A stretch of 64,000 nt of DNA from Lama guanicoe (lineage: Eukaryota). A program made the translations under genes and the position numbers. The stretch lies in NCBI GenBank assembly GCA_013239625.1, contig MU053881.1:3410001-3474000 (forward strand). The letters run 5' to 3'. Positions 1 through 13,178 of this stretch are shown piece after piece (positions within the stretch are counted from its first letter, which is position 1; every line of letters begins with the position of its first letter). The notes beneath the pieces were generated by a model. The model had not been told where the DNA came from, made no database searches, and saw nothing but the letters and a program-made list of their open reading frames with translations.

Positions 1-639
1 GTTTTGGAACCTTCTCGCAGGAGCCGATAAGATAGAGTTTTGCAGGAAAGCAAGGGAAGGAAAGATATGAAATGTCGCTAGAGAGTAATTCAAGGTAGTT
101 ACTCTATTGAAAGTGTTGTGGGAATTTCAAGGCAGAAAATGTCAGGGAGAAGTTAGGTTTTAATTGGATCTTGAATGAAGTCCAAGGTTTGGGGTGCATT
201 AAGAAGAGAGGAGGCAGAGAAAAAAAGAGCTCACTAAACCACAACAAAAGATGTTCAGTCAAAAATAATGTTTCTCCCTAAAAGATAATATCAGTAAAAC
301 TATATAAATTAACTTTACTTTGGGGTCGTTAATTCAGAAATGATCTTGGAAGGTAGTGACAAAATTTTGTGAGCTGTTTTTAAAATGAACGTACATCAAT
401 TATAAGTCTGAACGGGTTATCAGAAGTGGCGTGTACCTTTGCTTTGGCATGAAGTTCTATCAGCCCTTTCTTTCTGATTGACAGGGTCTTAAGCCTTTGA
501 TTAACAACTGCTGCTCCAAGAGGCAGCTAATTGAGTAGATTTAAAGAAGTCTGTGGGGGTGAGAGGAGTCTCAAAGGAAACCTTGTGCTGAAAAGATTAA
601 AGGATTATGAATCACATATCTAGTGCTTTATAGGATTTT

Positions 640-748
640 GAGTCAGATAGATTTGGATTCAAAATTACACATTAGCTGTGTGACCTTGGGTTAACAATCT
701 GATTTTTCTGAGCTTAGTTACCTTACTGGTCAAATAAATAATAATAGT
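640..748 (+). mobile_element. MIR SINE fragment
   Basis: gagtcagat..tggattcaaa..tagctgtgtgaccttggg..ctgagcttagtt resembles the MIR 5' and core region. Confidence 0.7.
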
Positions 749-764
749 AATATATATAATAAAT

Positions 765-771
765 ATGTGCA

Positions 772-806
<35 letters not shown>

Positions 807-812
807 GTGTGT
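765..812. repeat. (TG)n microsatellite
   Basis: Direct TG dinucleotide run. Confidence 0.95.
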
Positions 813-937
813 AAAAGCACGGTGTCTGACCATACTAGGAGTTCAGCCTGATCCTTTCTCCTTTATAGGTCATCAGCTTTCAAAACAAAGCAGTTGATTT
901 TACAATCATTTTTAGCATGAAGATTCTTCTTGTGTGT

Positions 938-1130
938 CTCCAGGGATGGAGAACTCACTATCTTACAAAGTGACTCAATCTGGAACAGCTCAGATAGTTA
1001 GAAACACTCCTTATTTTGAGCCAACATCTATCTCCTTGTAACTTTTTCTCACTGATCCATGTTATGCTCTCTATAGTTCTTTTAGTAAGCTTAGTTCTTT
1101 ACTCATTGTGACAATTATTCAATATTTGAC
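938..1130 (-). mobile_element. CR1/L3 LINE fragment
   Basis: ctccagggatggagaactcacta...gttagaaa...ttttgagccaacatcta..ccttgtaactt matches the antisense 3' region of CR1/L3. Confidence 0.65.
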
Positions 1131-1261
1131 AACAGCTTTCATTTCAACACTTCCTGGATGGATGTGGTAAGGGTGATGTCTAATAATGATAATGCAAAGA
1201 GGTCAGCACAATGTCTGATGTTTGGTAAGACCTCAGTTGAGGGTTGCTCATCAGACTTTGG

Positions 1262-1420
1262 GGCTATAAAGTCCTGGGGTCAAATCCCAGCTCTGCTACT
1301 TCTTAGATGTGAGACTTGGGGCAGGTTACTTAATTGCTCTAATCTCAGTTTACTTTTCTATAAAGTAGGAATGAAAATATATTTTATAGAGTTGTTTTGA
1401 ATTAGTGCTAAGTGAAAGGT
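1262..1420 (+). mobile_element. MIR SINE
   Basis: tcaaatcccagctctgctacttcttagatgtgagacttggggcaggttacttaa..ctcagttt MIR core. Confidence 0.85.
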
Positions 1421-2174
1421 ATTGTTATACTTCATATAAATTATGTCCCTTACACATCTACATTTGCTATAAGATTCAGGAGAGACATGAGAAACGCCAC
1501 CCTTCCTATGGGGGCTCAGAACCAAAGGGAACAAACCCCAAATGAGGAAGACATGGTACTTAGAAAGCAATGGGTCCAACCCAGGAAAGAAAGCATGAAA
1601 TTTTGGGGAGTCCCAGAGCTAGAAAAGGGACAGTCTGCAGAGGAGCAGGAAGGAGGGGACCTTAGAAATTTAGATTCCTTGGAAAAGGGGGGCTTATTAG
1701 AATACTGAATGTGATAAAACTTAAAAATTTTTTAGATGCTGCTTATAACAAATTTCAAGCAGAAAATAATGATAATTAGAGACCATAGGAACAATATAAA
1801 GCTGTATAAAAATATAAACATAGTATACTACTTGGCTATAAAGAAAGCAAATTTAATACCATCATAATGTTATTTATTCATCAAAAGATAGTGACACAGG
1901 TATGCTTGGATGTTGAGGGGAGAAAAGGTGAAAGTGTCAAGAAATGAATCCTCATCCAGGTTAATAGGTGGTAAATAATATCTGTAACAGACAACTGAAG
2001 GCATACAAGTATCACTGGAATATGGAGGCAACTACCAAAAGAAGTAGCTAAAATAACTAAAATAATTAAAAGTTGTTGCCTCTAGGGAGTAGGACTGGGA
2101 ATTAGGGCAAGACATGAAACATTTAGTATTCGTTCAAATATACGTTATTTACTTGTCTATGTTTCACAGTAATT

Positions 2175-3030
2175 TTCTAGATGCTGGAGGTGCATCAGTG
2201 GCCAAGATCATCAGGATCTCCGCCCTTACAGACTTGACCTTCTAGTGAAGAAAACAGACAGGTGGATAATTTCAGGTAATGATGGGCGCAACGGAGAATC
2301 AGAGTAAGGAAACAGTGGTGGAGGACAGGGTATGTCGTTTTAAATACGGTGGTCAGGGAAGACCTCTCTTTGAGAAGGTGACACATGAATCTGGAGGAAT
2401 AAGGGAATGAGCACAAGAGGGACCTGGAAGAAAACCTTTCATATAGAGAAGCATAGACCTGAGATGGTGATGAATGCAACGTATTTGAGAAAGAGCAAGG
2501 GGCTAACACAGCTGACTGTAAGAATAGGGAAGCATGCAAGGGATTGATTTGGAGAGCTAGCTATGGGCCATATCCTGTAGGGCCTGCATGCTGTATGGTG
2601 TCTAGATTTTATTTCCTGTGAGTAGAAGAAACTGGCATAGTAACTCAATCTGCTCTAAATTTTTGAATTGTCTCTTTGGCCGTTGGGTGCAGAAGGGGCT
2701 GTAGAAGAACTAGAGAGGATTCAAGGAGACCAGCTGGGCAGGGGTAGATGCTTTACAAAGGAAGAATAGACGAGAGTGGCTTGGACCATTGAGGTAGCAG
2801 AGGAGGTGAAGGAAACATGTCAGGTTCTGTACGTATTTGGGAAGTACAGCTAGCTGACCACACTTTCTGATGGATCACATGTCAGATCTAAGGGAAAAAG
2901 AGTAGTAAAGGATGACTCCAAGATTTTTAGATTTGCTATTGAGGTGGGACAGACCAAGAGTCTAGCATTTCTGGGGAGAAAAAATCAAGAGTTTAGTTTC
3001 AGACACATCGCATTTGAAATGCCTTACTAA
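2175..3030 (-). mobile_element. L2 LINE (antisense 3' region)
   Basis: tagatgctggag..cttgaccttctagtg..ggtcagggaagacctctct..gatgactccaagattttt..gagtttagtttcagacac..tttgaaatgcc are hallmark antisense L2 blocks. Confidence 0.85.
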
Positions 3031-4471
3031 GGTATTAAGGTCTTTCTTCATTGGTATGTTGGGGTTATTTGATATTTTAACCATTAGTTTTCTGTAAATT
3101 TGAATTACATTCTAGAAAAAAACATGAGAAAAATTTGCAAGAGGGAACACACACACACGCACACACACATGCACACTCACAATAACATTCCCTTGGGTGG
3201 GGTGATTCCCCAGATTATCTTCCCTGAAACCATGGGCTCTGCTGATGATATTCACAGGATCTTTGTCTCCAGGGAAGAGCTAACTCCCTGGTCACTTGCT
3301 GAGGTCTTACTGCAGCCACTGGGAGCGTTCAGAAGAGAGACAGGCCCTATGGAGAATTTTGTCTATTGCAAGTCTGGGTGGGGTTTTCCCAGAGAAATGT
3401 CTGAAGGGCTAGAAAGATCCTACTCTCCTCCTTTTCAAGTCTGATCTCATCTCTCTCTTGCTTAACGTCCTCTGGAGATTTCCCATTGACGTAGAAAAAT
3501 GGTAACTCTTAGTGAATCATTTCAGAAGTGGTTCCTAACCACTCACCTTCCTGGAATTTCCCCTGGTCCCTCTCCTGGGCTCTTCTGTCCACTTCCCACT
3601 CCATCCCCAAGGCAGCTCTGAGCATTAAAGACATCCTTTTCCTTGGGGTGGATAGAGCCTTCTTGTAGGAGAAGGTGGGGTGGGCACTTCACAGACAGGA
3701 CTTAAACTGAGGAAGCCCTCTTCTGGCCAGTCAACCTGTTAGAATAGGCCTGAGCGTCACGCAAAGATGAGAACATTGCATTCCTAAAACCTCCTAACAG
3801 GCCACCCTTGTCCCAGCACCAGTATCTCCCACCTGCTAGAAATGGTGGGGGCAAGGGGGGATTCGCATTTTTCAGTAGATCTCTGAGTGGTGCAGGCCAT
3901 TGAGGTCTCCCCCATCTCTCGGCTCTGCCTCTCCTCTCTGAGACCCTTTACTCTAGGCGTCTTCACATGTGTCCTTCCTCTCCCCATCGCTCTCCAATGG
4001 GATGCTCAGGAATCCTCTTCTTTTCTTCTCTCTGAAGTGTGCTCATGTTCAAAGACCCTATTAAACCACTTCTTCTCCAGAAGATCTTTCCAGATTCCAT
4101 GGTGATCAATAATTTCCCCTCCTTCCTCTGCTCCCACAACATTTGTTATGTACCACACTGGTATCAGCTACTTCCCTGAGTCCCCAGAATAGAACATAAG
4201 ATTTAATTAAGAGGACGTGTCCCATGCAAGTCTGGACACTTCTACACTTTTAATTAAGCATTACAACTGTTTGCCAGCTCTCCCCACGCCCAAATTCATG
4301 AAGTACTGTAATTCAAGATGGAAACTTAATTTTATTCGCTCTGACAGAGCTGCAGTTCCAGGGCACTCTCATTATTTGCTGAACTATGTTGAATAAATAG
4401 ATGTTAAATTGAATTAAACTAGGTCGGTATACTTCACAGATTGTGGATATTTAAAAATTGCTTTAATGAAT

Positions 4472-5017
4472 TGTGGAGCCGGCTGGCACTCTCTGAAGCC
4501 ACTCTGAAGTTCATGAAAACCCCCACCCCGGGCTCTCTGTGTGCCTGTAGCCGACTGGCACCCTTAACTCCCATCCCCCACTGCAGGACCCTTTCGCATA
4601 CCTGCATTTCTGCAGGATATAAAACACCTTCTCTTGATGTGTGTTTAGCCTAACAAAGCTAAATCACCCCAAAGAGATAGCCCATCTCACAGTACCTTAG
4701 GCGGACTGGCTTCTCACATCCCGCCCTTATCAAAGTCCTAAAACCTATTGTTCAGAGAAGTCCCTGGCAGATCTTACAACCAATCAGGTACCTGTACATG
4801 AACTGATCATGCAGCACCTACTCCTGTGTGAATAGCCCCTCCCCCCGATAAAGGACCCTGCATGGCCACCCTCGGTGCTCACGCAGGCACTTCTTGCCTG
4901 TGTGGCCCTCTGTTGCCTATAACAGTGTACCTATTAAACGTTCCTGAACTCTTCTGGGTCTCTGGTATTCTCCTACCAACCCACGTGTCACTGGCCTGCT
5001 GCACTGTGCCTACAACA
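4472..5017 (+). mobile_element. Solo LTR, ERVL-class (MER74/MER73-like), 546 bp
   Basis: TGT...ACA termini; perfect 5-bp TSD tgaat at 4467-4471 and 5018-5022; internal CCAAT (~4780), TATA-like gataaa (~4847) and attaaa (~4933) in U3-R order. Confidence 0.85.
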
Positions 5018-5039
5018 TGAATGTGATTTAATTAATTTC

Positions 5040-5985
5040 AAGTCAGTCTATTTCCCAGGTACTCACTGAGCACCTCTTCTAAGCTAGACATCATCCCAGG
5101 TGTGAAACACAAGATCAACATGGCTTTTCTGTGCTCGGGGAACTCATGCAAGTGAGGCAGCCAGACATACACAAAAAATAAATACAACAGAGGTGAGATG
5201 GGTGAAGACTGAGGAAGGTGCATGATAGAAAGACTCTGCACAAAAGCCAGTGGTTACCTCTAATGGGTGCAGGCAAGACTTTATGGAGAAATTGACTCCC
5301 TTGTTGGACTTTGAACATGACTAGGACTTGGGTAGGGGACATTCCAGGCAGAGAGAACAAAACAGAGGTATGGAACTTCATAGGTCTTTCCCCACCCCCC
5401 CACCACCAACTGACAGACATTACTTTTTAAATTCAAACATGTTTATTAAATGCTTACAAAATGCACAACTCCAACCCAGTCAGTGTCAGTGGTGAAAAAG
5501 ACAGGTAAGGTCCCAACATCAAAGAATTTCCACTCTGGAGTGGGAGACCATCAACAAATCCCCAAACCCATCACTAAAAAGGACTATTTCAAATAAATAC
5601 ACATGCCAGAAAGAAAACAAGGCATGTGGTAGAAAGTGAAGGAAGAAAGACAGCAACTTGCAATAGTGTTTAGGGGAGGTCCTGGGGATGGGGTGTTGGA
5701 TCTGACACCCTGGTGGCAGGAAGGCCTTTGTCTTAGGAGAGCTAGCTGCAGAGCATTCCAGAAGGAACAGGAGGTACAAACCCCATGAGAGCAAGTGAGC
5801 TTGGTGTCTGCCCAGAACTGAAAGAATGCCATTATGGCTGGAGCGGGGTGAGTGTGAGGTTGAGGGTACAAAGTTGGCATGGTGAAAGGCTGAAGTCATG
5901 AAGTCACTCCCAGACCGTGCTCAGGACCTTGGGCTATAATCCAAATGCAGTTGGAAAACATTTTTTCTTAAGTTGCATTTTAGAG
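5040..5985 (-). mobile_element. Two adjacent antisense L2 fragments
   Basis: actgagcacc..ctagacatcat; attcaaacatgtttattaaatgctt..gacaggtaaggtccc..gagcattccagaaggaacag..ggctggagcggggtgag. Confidence 0.75.
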
Positions 5986-7074
5986 AGTCTAATCCTGACC
6001 ATCTGGACAGTGAAATCCTGACTTGTTCCTTAAAGACTGTGTTTTTTCAAGCATCCTCCTTGAATCTGAGGCTCAGCATGAAACTTTTTGCTTGCTCAAG
6101 GATAAGTTTCTGGGTCTGAGTTTCTCTGTGCCACTTGACCTTGGGTAGGTAGAAAGGACCACAAATTGATCTAATCACTTTAAAAAACAACTGGGAATAA
6201 ACATGTTGAGCCTGAAATTAACTTACTGTGTCAGAGCTAAGCCCTTCAGAATATAATACTCCAGAACAGTGCTAGATTTATTTAAAGTCTTTTTTATAAA
6301 CCATCTGCATGATTCTGTTGTATTGTTTTGGTGGAGGGTATGTTTACAACTCCACCAAAAAAAAAAAGCTTCCTCCTGGATGAGTCCATCTATCTTTCAG
6401 GCAACACTGAGGCTGCTACTCAAAGACCAGACAATAGAGGGTCACACCTCTGTCACCCGACTCCTCTTCTCATTGTCCTTTTCCATCTCCTCCCCGAGTA
6501 GGCATCAGATGAATGGCATCGAACGTTTAGATTTTTTCATCACCACTGTTCTGATTAAGTGGATCAAGCAAAATCCAAAGCATTCAAATGAGTGCGTATT
6601 TTGGTCCCAGGTTGGCAAAGGTTGAGGGACATCTGACCCAATAGGTTGGCTACCTTGTGTCAGCTCACTGCATCCTTCTGGCTCCTAATTTCCTCGTCTC
6701 CAGGGCTGCCGAGAGAAATCACGGGTTAATTGACAAGCTGTCCATCTTTGCAAATGACCACAGGAAAAATCAGGGATCGATTCTAGCCCCTGGACTAATT
6801 TCATCCATGGCTTTTCTGACTTTAAAGAATATGGGTCCTCAGCATAAACTTTATACCATCTTAATCCATTGGGCATTAATTAGTTGCAAAAGAAATGCAT
6901 CACCGCCTTTACCATTCCTCCTGAAATTTTGGCTTGGAAATTCAGAATTTAAGCTTTTTGAATGTTGATTTAGGTCCTTCAACGTCTGTTCTTTGCACAC
7001 ACTTTCCATCCTTTGGGCTTAACATTGACCATGAAAGCAGAGGGTCTGTGGACCACAAGAAATTACCAGTAGCA

Positions 7075-7540
7075 TAAGTTTATTTTACCCCATGCTTATT
7101 TCATGCCAGACACATAAAAGTAGTCCCCAAACTCTATAAGGTAGATACTGATATTATGTTTATCCCCATTTTATAAAAGAGGAAAAGGAAGTGTGTAGAG
7201 GTTAACCAACTTGCCTGAGTCTTCATAGGAAGTCATAGGTAAACCGGGATTTATTCCCAGGTCTGCTTGACTCCACAGCTGTGTTCTGATCGCTGCTTTT
7301 ATTACCGTAACCACTAATTAAGTACCTAAGCATTGCGCTTCACAGGAAAGAGCTGAAGGGAAAAAGCATTCATGGTAAAGTGTCGAGCTCTGTCTCAGTT
7401 AATGTTCATTGCATCATCTCTGTCTTACAGATGAAGAAACTGGGGCTCAGAGAGCCAAGTGAATTGCCCAAGGTCAAGTGACTTGGTGGGGCAGCTGGGG
7501 CTTGAACTCGGGTCTCTCTGACACTTAACAACTGTCTTCT
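7075..7540 (-). mobile_element. Two antisense MIR fragments
   Basis: ccccattttataaaagaggaaa; ttacagatgaagaaactggggctcagagag..ttgcccaaggtca. Confidence 0.85.
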
Positions 7541-7553
7541 AGTTTGTCTAGAG

Positions 7554-7741
7554 AAGTAGTTCATAAAGTATGGTACCCAGAACAGCGGCAAAGCCTCACC
7601 TAGGAACTGGCTGGAAATTCAAATCACTGGACCTCACCACAGACCTACTGAATCAGAGACTCTGGGGTGAGGCCAAGCAATCCGCATTTTAACAGGTTTT
7701 CCTGGTGAGTCTTATGCAGGCTCAGGGTGGAGAATCCTCTG
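7554..7741 (+). mobile_element. MER5A hAT-Charlie MITE
   Basis: Follows the MER5A consensus (cacctaggaact..cagacctactgaatcagagactctggggtg..ttttaacagg..gagaatcctctg); sits at a tctaga-type target. Confidence 0.9.
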
Positions 7742-8369
7742 ATCAAGATCGCATATAAACTTCCAGTCAAAGATGGTCTTCTGCATGCAATTGTAATAAC
7801 TCAAAAGATGTACTGACATCTTGCTCTTCTGTAATTGAAAGTACAAATTGCTTTGGGGATAAGGATCATTTTTTCCCTTTGCTGTCATATATAATTAATA
7901 AAACACTCACCAAGGGAGTAGAATAAACATGTAGGTCAGATCCAATTTCCATGCTACTGCCTCCCCCTCCACAGCCATAATCAGCTGGCTTTACCTAACT
8001 CAAAACCATCTCTCAGGTCATGTTTGTGTCAAGAACAGTGAAGGAGAGCAGTAATTACACCTGTAGTTCTTAGATCTGAGACTTTTGGACTCTCTGAACT
8101 CTTTGCAGGCTGTGAGCTGACTCTTGGCCGATCATTTAACAAAAGTACATTTAGCACTTACTACTTGTCTAGCACTTGTAACTCCACTAACAGTCCAATA
8201 TGAGTGACAGATAGGATTATAAGACAAGATCAGGAAATAGGGAGAACATGGGGCCAAGGATTGGAGAGGTGAGAACAGACAAGTGTCCTTCTCTACTAGA
8301 GAGATATTTAAGGAGGGCTTCCTGCAGGAGGTGGCATGGCTGGCTTATGAAGAGTGAGCAGGAGTTCGT

Positions 8370-9070
8370 ATGATAGAATTGCTTCTGTTCACCAAGCATC
8401 TCCTCTTCTTTCTGAGTATTCAGCTAGACACAATTTCCAACCTACCTGTAGCTCAGTGGGGCAGCAGACTGAGTTCTGGCCAGTGGAATGTGGGTGGAAG
8501 TGATGGGGAGGTGGTCCTTCCTCTTTTCCCTCCTCTTGGAGGAAAGCAGACTCCAAGCTAGAAGGAGACAAGATTCCCAAATGATTGCCTACAGCCAGAC
8601 CCCTGGAAGCCCTCTACCAAGCTACACTGGAAAAAAAATGTAAGGAAGAAACTTGTTACATGCACCTAATGTTCATAGAAACAATGTTTACAATAGCCAA
8701 GGAAGGNNNNNNNNNNNNNNNNNNNNNNNNNNNNNNNNNNNNNNNNNNNNNNNNNNNNNNNNNNNNNNNNNNNNNNNNNNNNNNNNNNNNNNNNNNNNNN
8801 NNNNNNNNNNNNNNNNNNNNNNNNNNNNNNNNNNNNNNNNNNNNTCATTAAAAAGAATGAAATAATGCCAAAAGAAACTGGAAAAGAATATATGTATGTA
8901 TATTTGAATCTTTTTCCTGGACGCTTGAAACTAAACACAACATTATAAATCAGCTATACTCCAAAAAAATAAATAAAAAGAGAGTAAAACCTGAAAAAAA
9001 AAAGAAGAAAGAAATGTGCTAAACTTCTCATGTTTTGGGTGTTTCTTAGCGCATTTCAGTTGAGTTTATG
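8370..9070 (+). mobile_element. MLT1 (MaLR) LTR interrupted by a young L1 3' fragment (~8653-9010, N-gap 8707-8844)
   Basis: gactgagttctggccagtggaatgtgggtggaagtgatg is MLT1-like; L1 block atgttcatag..tttacaatagccaag with A-rich tail; MLT1-like sequence resumes at ~9015. Confidence 0.7.
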
Positions 9071-9934
9071 CACTGCCTCAGGCAAAGAAGGCAGGAAGGA
9101 CATTCTAGGCAAAGGGGACCATGTGTGCAAAGGCCCTGGGCAAGAGCAGATTTTGGGATGTAGTTCAGGGAGATCATTCAACCACCCAGTCAACAGCCAC
9201 TTATTGGCAGGTTTTTTTTTTCTCCAGAATTTGTGCTGACCTCTGGAGTAGTCTCTGCCCTCACTGTCCACTGAGGGAGATAGCCACCCAAATATTTAGT
9301 TAGAGTCTAAATCGGTGAGCCCTGTAACAGGGGACGTAAGAGGTACTGTAGTAAGGCAGGGAAGGCATGAAGATGGGTGAGTGGAGTCAAGGTCAGTCGT
9401 ATGTCCAGATCTTGACAGGAAACGAAGTTACGGGAAGGAAAGACATCACTCAGAAAGGAAACATAGAGCAAGGGAGCGAGGACGGCCAATTTGCAACAGG
9501 AGAAAATGGCTTAAAATATGATATATAAATGTAGAACATTATATATGTGTGTGTGTATTTGTGTCTATGTATGTCTATGTAAGTGTATTACAGAAGTGTC
9601 TATTATATGTGCGTGCACATAAAAAATAAAGAAAAATGGACCATCAATAACATTACTGAAAACAATGTATAAAATAAAAAGTAAAGGTCCATCCCTGTAC
9701 CTGATTCTCTGCTTCCTGAGAGGTAAGCAGTGTGAGCTGTTTGGTGCATGTCCTTTCTGAAATTGCCCAGTGCTATTGCAAAGATACATATGGGTGCACA
9801 CAGAAACATTTTTTTTCTTTCATTTGTAAAGAATGCTACGCTGCTCTCGATACTAACTTGCAATTTGCTATTTTTAGCCTCGCCACTTATCCTAGATACC
9901 TGTCTAGGTCAACAGGCAAAGATCTACAGTACCC

Positions 9935-10445
9935 CTTTTTCAAAGCAGCTTTATTGATGTCTAATTTGCATGCCATAAAACTCATTCATGTTAAGTGTAC
10001 AGCTCAGTGACCTGCAGCAAATTCACAGGGTTGCACAGCCGTCGCCACAATCCAATTTTGGAACATTTCCACCACCCTTAAAAGGAAGCCTGTGCTCCTC
10101 TGCAGTCACTCCCTATTCCCACCTCCACCCCTAGGCAACCACATTCTGCCTGTGAGTCTGCTTATTCGGGACATTTCATATAAACGGAATCATGCAACAT
10201 GTGGTCTTTTGCATCAAGCGTCTTTCACTTAGCCTGGTGTTTCTGAGGCTCGTTTACATTGTAACATGTGTTTTGGTCCTTCTGTGACTGATCAGCCTTC
10301 CACTGCATGGAAGGATCATATTGATTTCCATTCACCAGTTGATGGGCATTTGGATTGTTTCCACCTTTTGGCTATTATGAATAATGCTATGAACATTCCT
10401 GGGCAAGTCTTTGTGTGGATGTGTATTTCCCGCCTCTTGGGTGAA
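9935..10445 (-). mobile_element. L1MB-type LINE-1 3' end, antisense
   Basis: cagctttattga..aagtgtacag..ggacatttcatataaacggaatcat..gatgggcatttggattgtttccaccttttggctattatgaataatgct. Confidence 0.9.
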
Positions 10446-10659
10446 TTCTTTTTAATGCAGAGTCAGTTCCCAATGTCTAAATAAACGATTTAAATGTTTG
10501 TACCATAAAGGATTTAAATGTTTACTTTTTTTGAACATTAACTTTGTTTCTTCTCTATCTCCCTGTCTCTCTATCTCTCTGGTTGTTACAACAGTGCTGC
10601 CACAGATATTCTTGTGTTTGTGCTATTATTTCTGCAGCAAAAAAACACGCAAAAAAGGG

Positions 10660-10897
10660 GAAAAGATTTACAATAACCAAGATATAGTAAGTGCTCATCA
10701 ATAGATGAATGGATTAAAAAGACGTGGTGTATACACACGTGTGCGCACACACACACACACACAGACATTGGAATATTACTTAGCCAAACGAAGAAAGAAA
10801 TCTTTCCCTTTGTGACAACATGGATGGATCTAGAGGTTAAGCAAAATAAGTCAGAGAAAGACAAAAACTGTATAATTTCACATTTATGTGGAATCCA
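10660..10897 (+). mobile_element. LINE-1 fragment (ORF2 end / 3' UTR)
   Basis: catcaatagatgaatggattaaaaag..tgtgacaacatggatggatctagagg..aaataagtcagagaaagacaaa. Confidence 0.85.
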
Positions 10898-11218
10898 GCT
10901 GGATGTGTGTTGACTATGTGCTGTAACAGCCAGGTTTTACCTTCTCAAGCTGAAAACCTGTCAAGTGTGGACACACTTCTCATTAGTGCAGACAGAAGTG
11001 CTCCCCCACCAGAAGCATAGCGGCCATCCACAGGCAAGGGGCCCAGTGAAGTCTTACCTGGTATTATCAGGCCACGTCCTTCAGTCCTGATGAGAGAAGA
11101 CAACGGTGTTAAGACAAACCCTCTTCACCATCTGTGTTTTTTTCCCTAGGTTTTCCCAACTAACAACAACGAGGAATCGAGAAGAACCATCTTCCAAGTT
11201 GGGCAGTGGAGTTTTAAA

Positions 11219-11412
11219 AGATGGTAGGCTGGTAAACCCGCTATCAGCTTGAAAAAAAAAAAAACGGCTCTGATTTGTAGCGTGTGCTGATTTCTGTGGT
11301 GTACATAATCCCACCCTCCACGACCAATTGCAGGCTTTAACAGCCAGGCAGTGAAGTTCCTTAAGGTTTATCTCTGGGGAGCCTCAGGCTGGCTGGCTCT
11401 GGCACCGCAGTG
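11219..11412. mobile_element. MER63-like hAT-Blackjack MITE
   Basis: gctggtaaa..ctgatttgtagcgtgtgctgatttctgtggtgtacataatcccacc..ggctctggcacc matches the MER63 layout. Confidence 0.7.
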
Positions 11413-11505
11413 AAGGGGGCACAGCACACGGGGGGGTTAGCAGTGTGGGCTCTGCACCCGCCGCCTGGGTGTGCGTCCTGGCTTTTCTTTTTTCTTTTTG
11501 TTGAA

Positions 11506-12343
11506 TTTTTTTTTTAATTGAAGTAGAGTTGACTTACAATGTTGTGTTATTTTCTGATGTACAGCACAGTGATTCACTTATACATATATATATTCCTTTT
11601 CATATTCTTTTTCATTATAGGTTATTACAAGATATTGAATATAGTTCCCTGTGCTACACACTAAAAACTTGTTATCATGACCCAGGAATCCCGCTCCTGG
11701 GCATATATCCAGAAGGAACCCTACTTCAGGANNNNNNNNNNNNNNNNNNNNNNNNNNNNNNNNNNNNNNNNNNNNNNNNNNNNNNNNNNNNNNNNNNNNN
11801 NNNNNNNNNNNNNNNNNNNNNNNNNNNNNNNNNNNNNNNNNNNNNNNNNNNNNNNNNNNNNNNNNNNNNNNNNNNNNNNNNNNNNCCATTTGCAGCAACA
11901 TGGATGCTCCTGGAGAATGTATTCTAAGTGAAGTAAGCCAGAAAGAGAAAGAAAAATACCATATGAGATTGCTTATATGTGGAATCTAAACAAACAAACA
12001 AACAAACAAACAAAGCATAAATACAAAACAAAAATAGACTCACAGACATAGAATACAAACTTGTGGTTGCCAAGGGGGTGGGGGGTGGGAAGAGATAGAT
12101 GGGATTTCAAAATTGTAGAATAGATAAACAAGATTATACTGTGTAGCACAGGGAAATATATACAGGGTCTTGTGGTGGCTCACAGTGAAAAAATGTGACA
12201 ATGAATATATGTATGTTCATGTATAACTGAAAAACTGTGCTCTACACTGGAATTTGACACAACATTGTAAAATGATTATAAATCAATAAAAAATGTTAAA
12301 AAAAACTTGTTGTTTATCAATTCACATATAGTAGCATGTATCC
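11506..12343 (-). mobile_element. Antisense L1 3' end (artiodactyl type), split by a younger L1
   Basis: T-tail then ttgaagtagagttgacttacaatgttgtg..aagatattgaatatagttccctgtgct; resumes at 12312 with gtttatc..tatagtag. Confidence 0.85.
11674..12300 (+). mobile_element. Young 5'-truncated L1 with 11-bp TSD (N-gap 11732-11885)
   Basis: TSD aaaaacttgtt at 11663-11673 and 12301-12311; L1 ORF2-end and 3' UTR motifs; tcaataaaaaatgttaaaa tail. Confidence 0.9.
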
Positions 12344-13178
12344 CTATGGTTGATGTACAATGTTATATAAGTTACAGATGTACAATATAGTGAGTCACAA
12401 TTTTATTAGGTTATAATCCATTTATAGTTATTATAAAATATTGGCCATATTCCTAATATTGTACAATACATCCTTGCAGCTTATTTTATACATAATCATT
12501 TTGCACTTCTTAATCCCCCAGCCCTGTCTTCCTATTCCCTCCATTCATAAACACTAGTTTGTTCTCTATATCTGTGTCTGCTTCTGTTTTGTTATATTCA
12601 CTGTTCCACTGTATTTTTTAGATTCCACGTGTAAGTGATCTCACACAACATTTGTCTTTCTCTGTCTGGCTTATTCCACTTAGTGTAATGCCCTCCAAGT
12701 GTATCCACATGGCTGCAAATTGCANNNNNNNNNNNNNNNNNNNNNNNNNNNNNNNNNNNNNNNNNNNNNNNNNNNNNNNNNNNNNNNNNNNNNNNNNNNN
12801 NNNNNNNNNNNNNNNNNNNNNNNNNNNNNNNNNNNNNNNNNNNNNNNNNNNNNNNNNNNNNNNNNNNNNNNNATATTTTCAAATTAGTGTTTTTGTTTAT
12901 TTCAGATATATACCCGGGAGTGGGACTGCTGGATCATATGGTAAGTCTACTTTTGTTGTTTTGAAACCACCATACCGTTTTCCACAATGGCTGTGCCAAT
13001 TTACGTTCCCACCAAGAGTGCAGGAGGGTTCCTTTTTCTTCACATTCTCGCCAACATTTGTTATTCGTGTTCTTTTCGATGATGGCCGTTTTGACAGGCA
13101 TGAGGTGACATCTCACTGGTTTTGATTTGCATTTCCCTGATGATGGGCAAGGGTGGGCATCTTTTCATATTTGGCCAT
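12344..13178 (-). mobile_element. Older antisense L1 (N-gap 12725-12872); its T-tail lies at ~11483-11505
   Basis: tatggttgatgtacaa..ttagattccacgtgtaagtgat..gctggatcatatggta..ttgatttgcatttccctgatgat. Confidence 0.9.
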
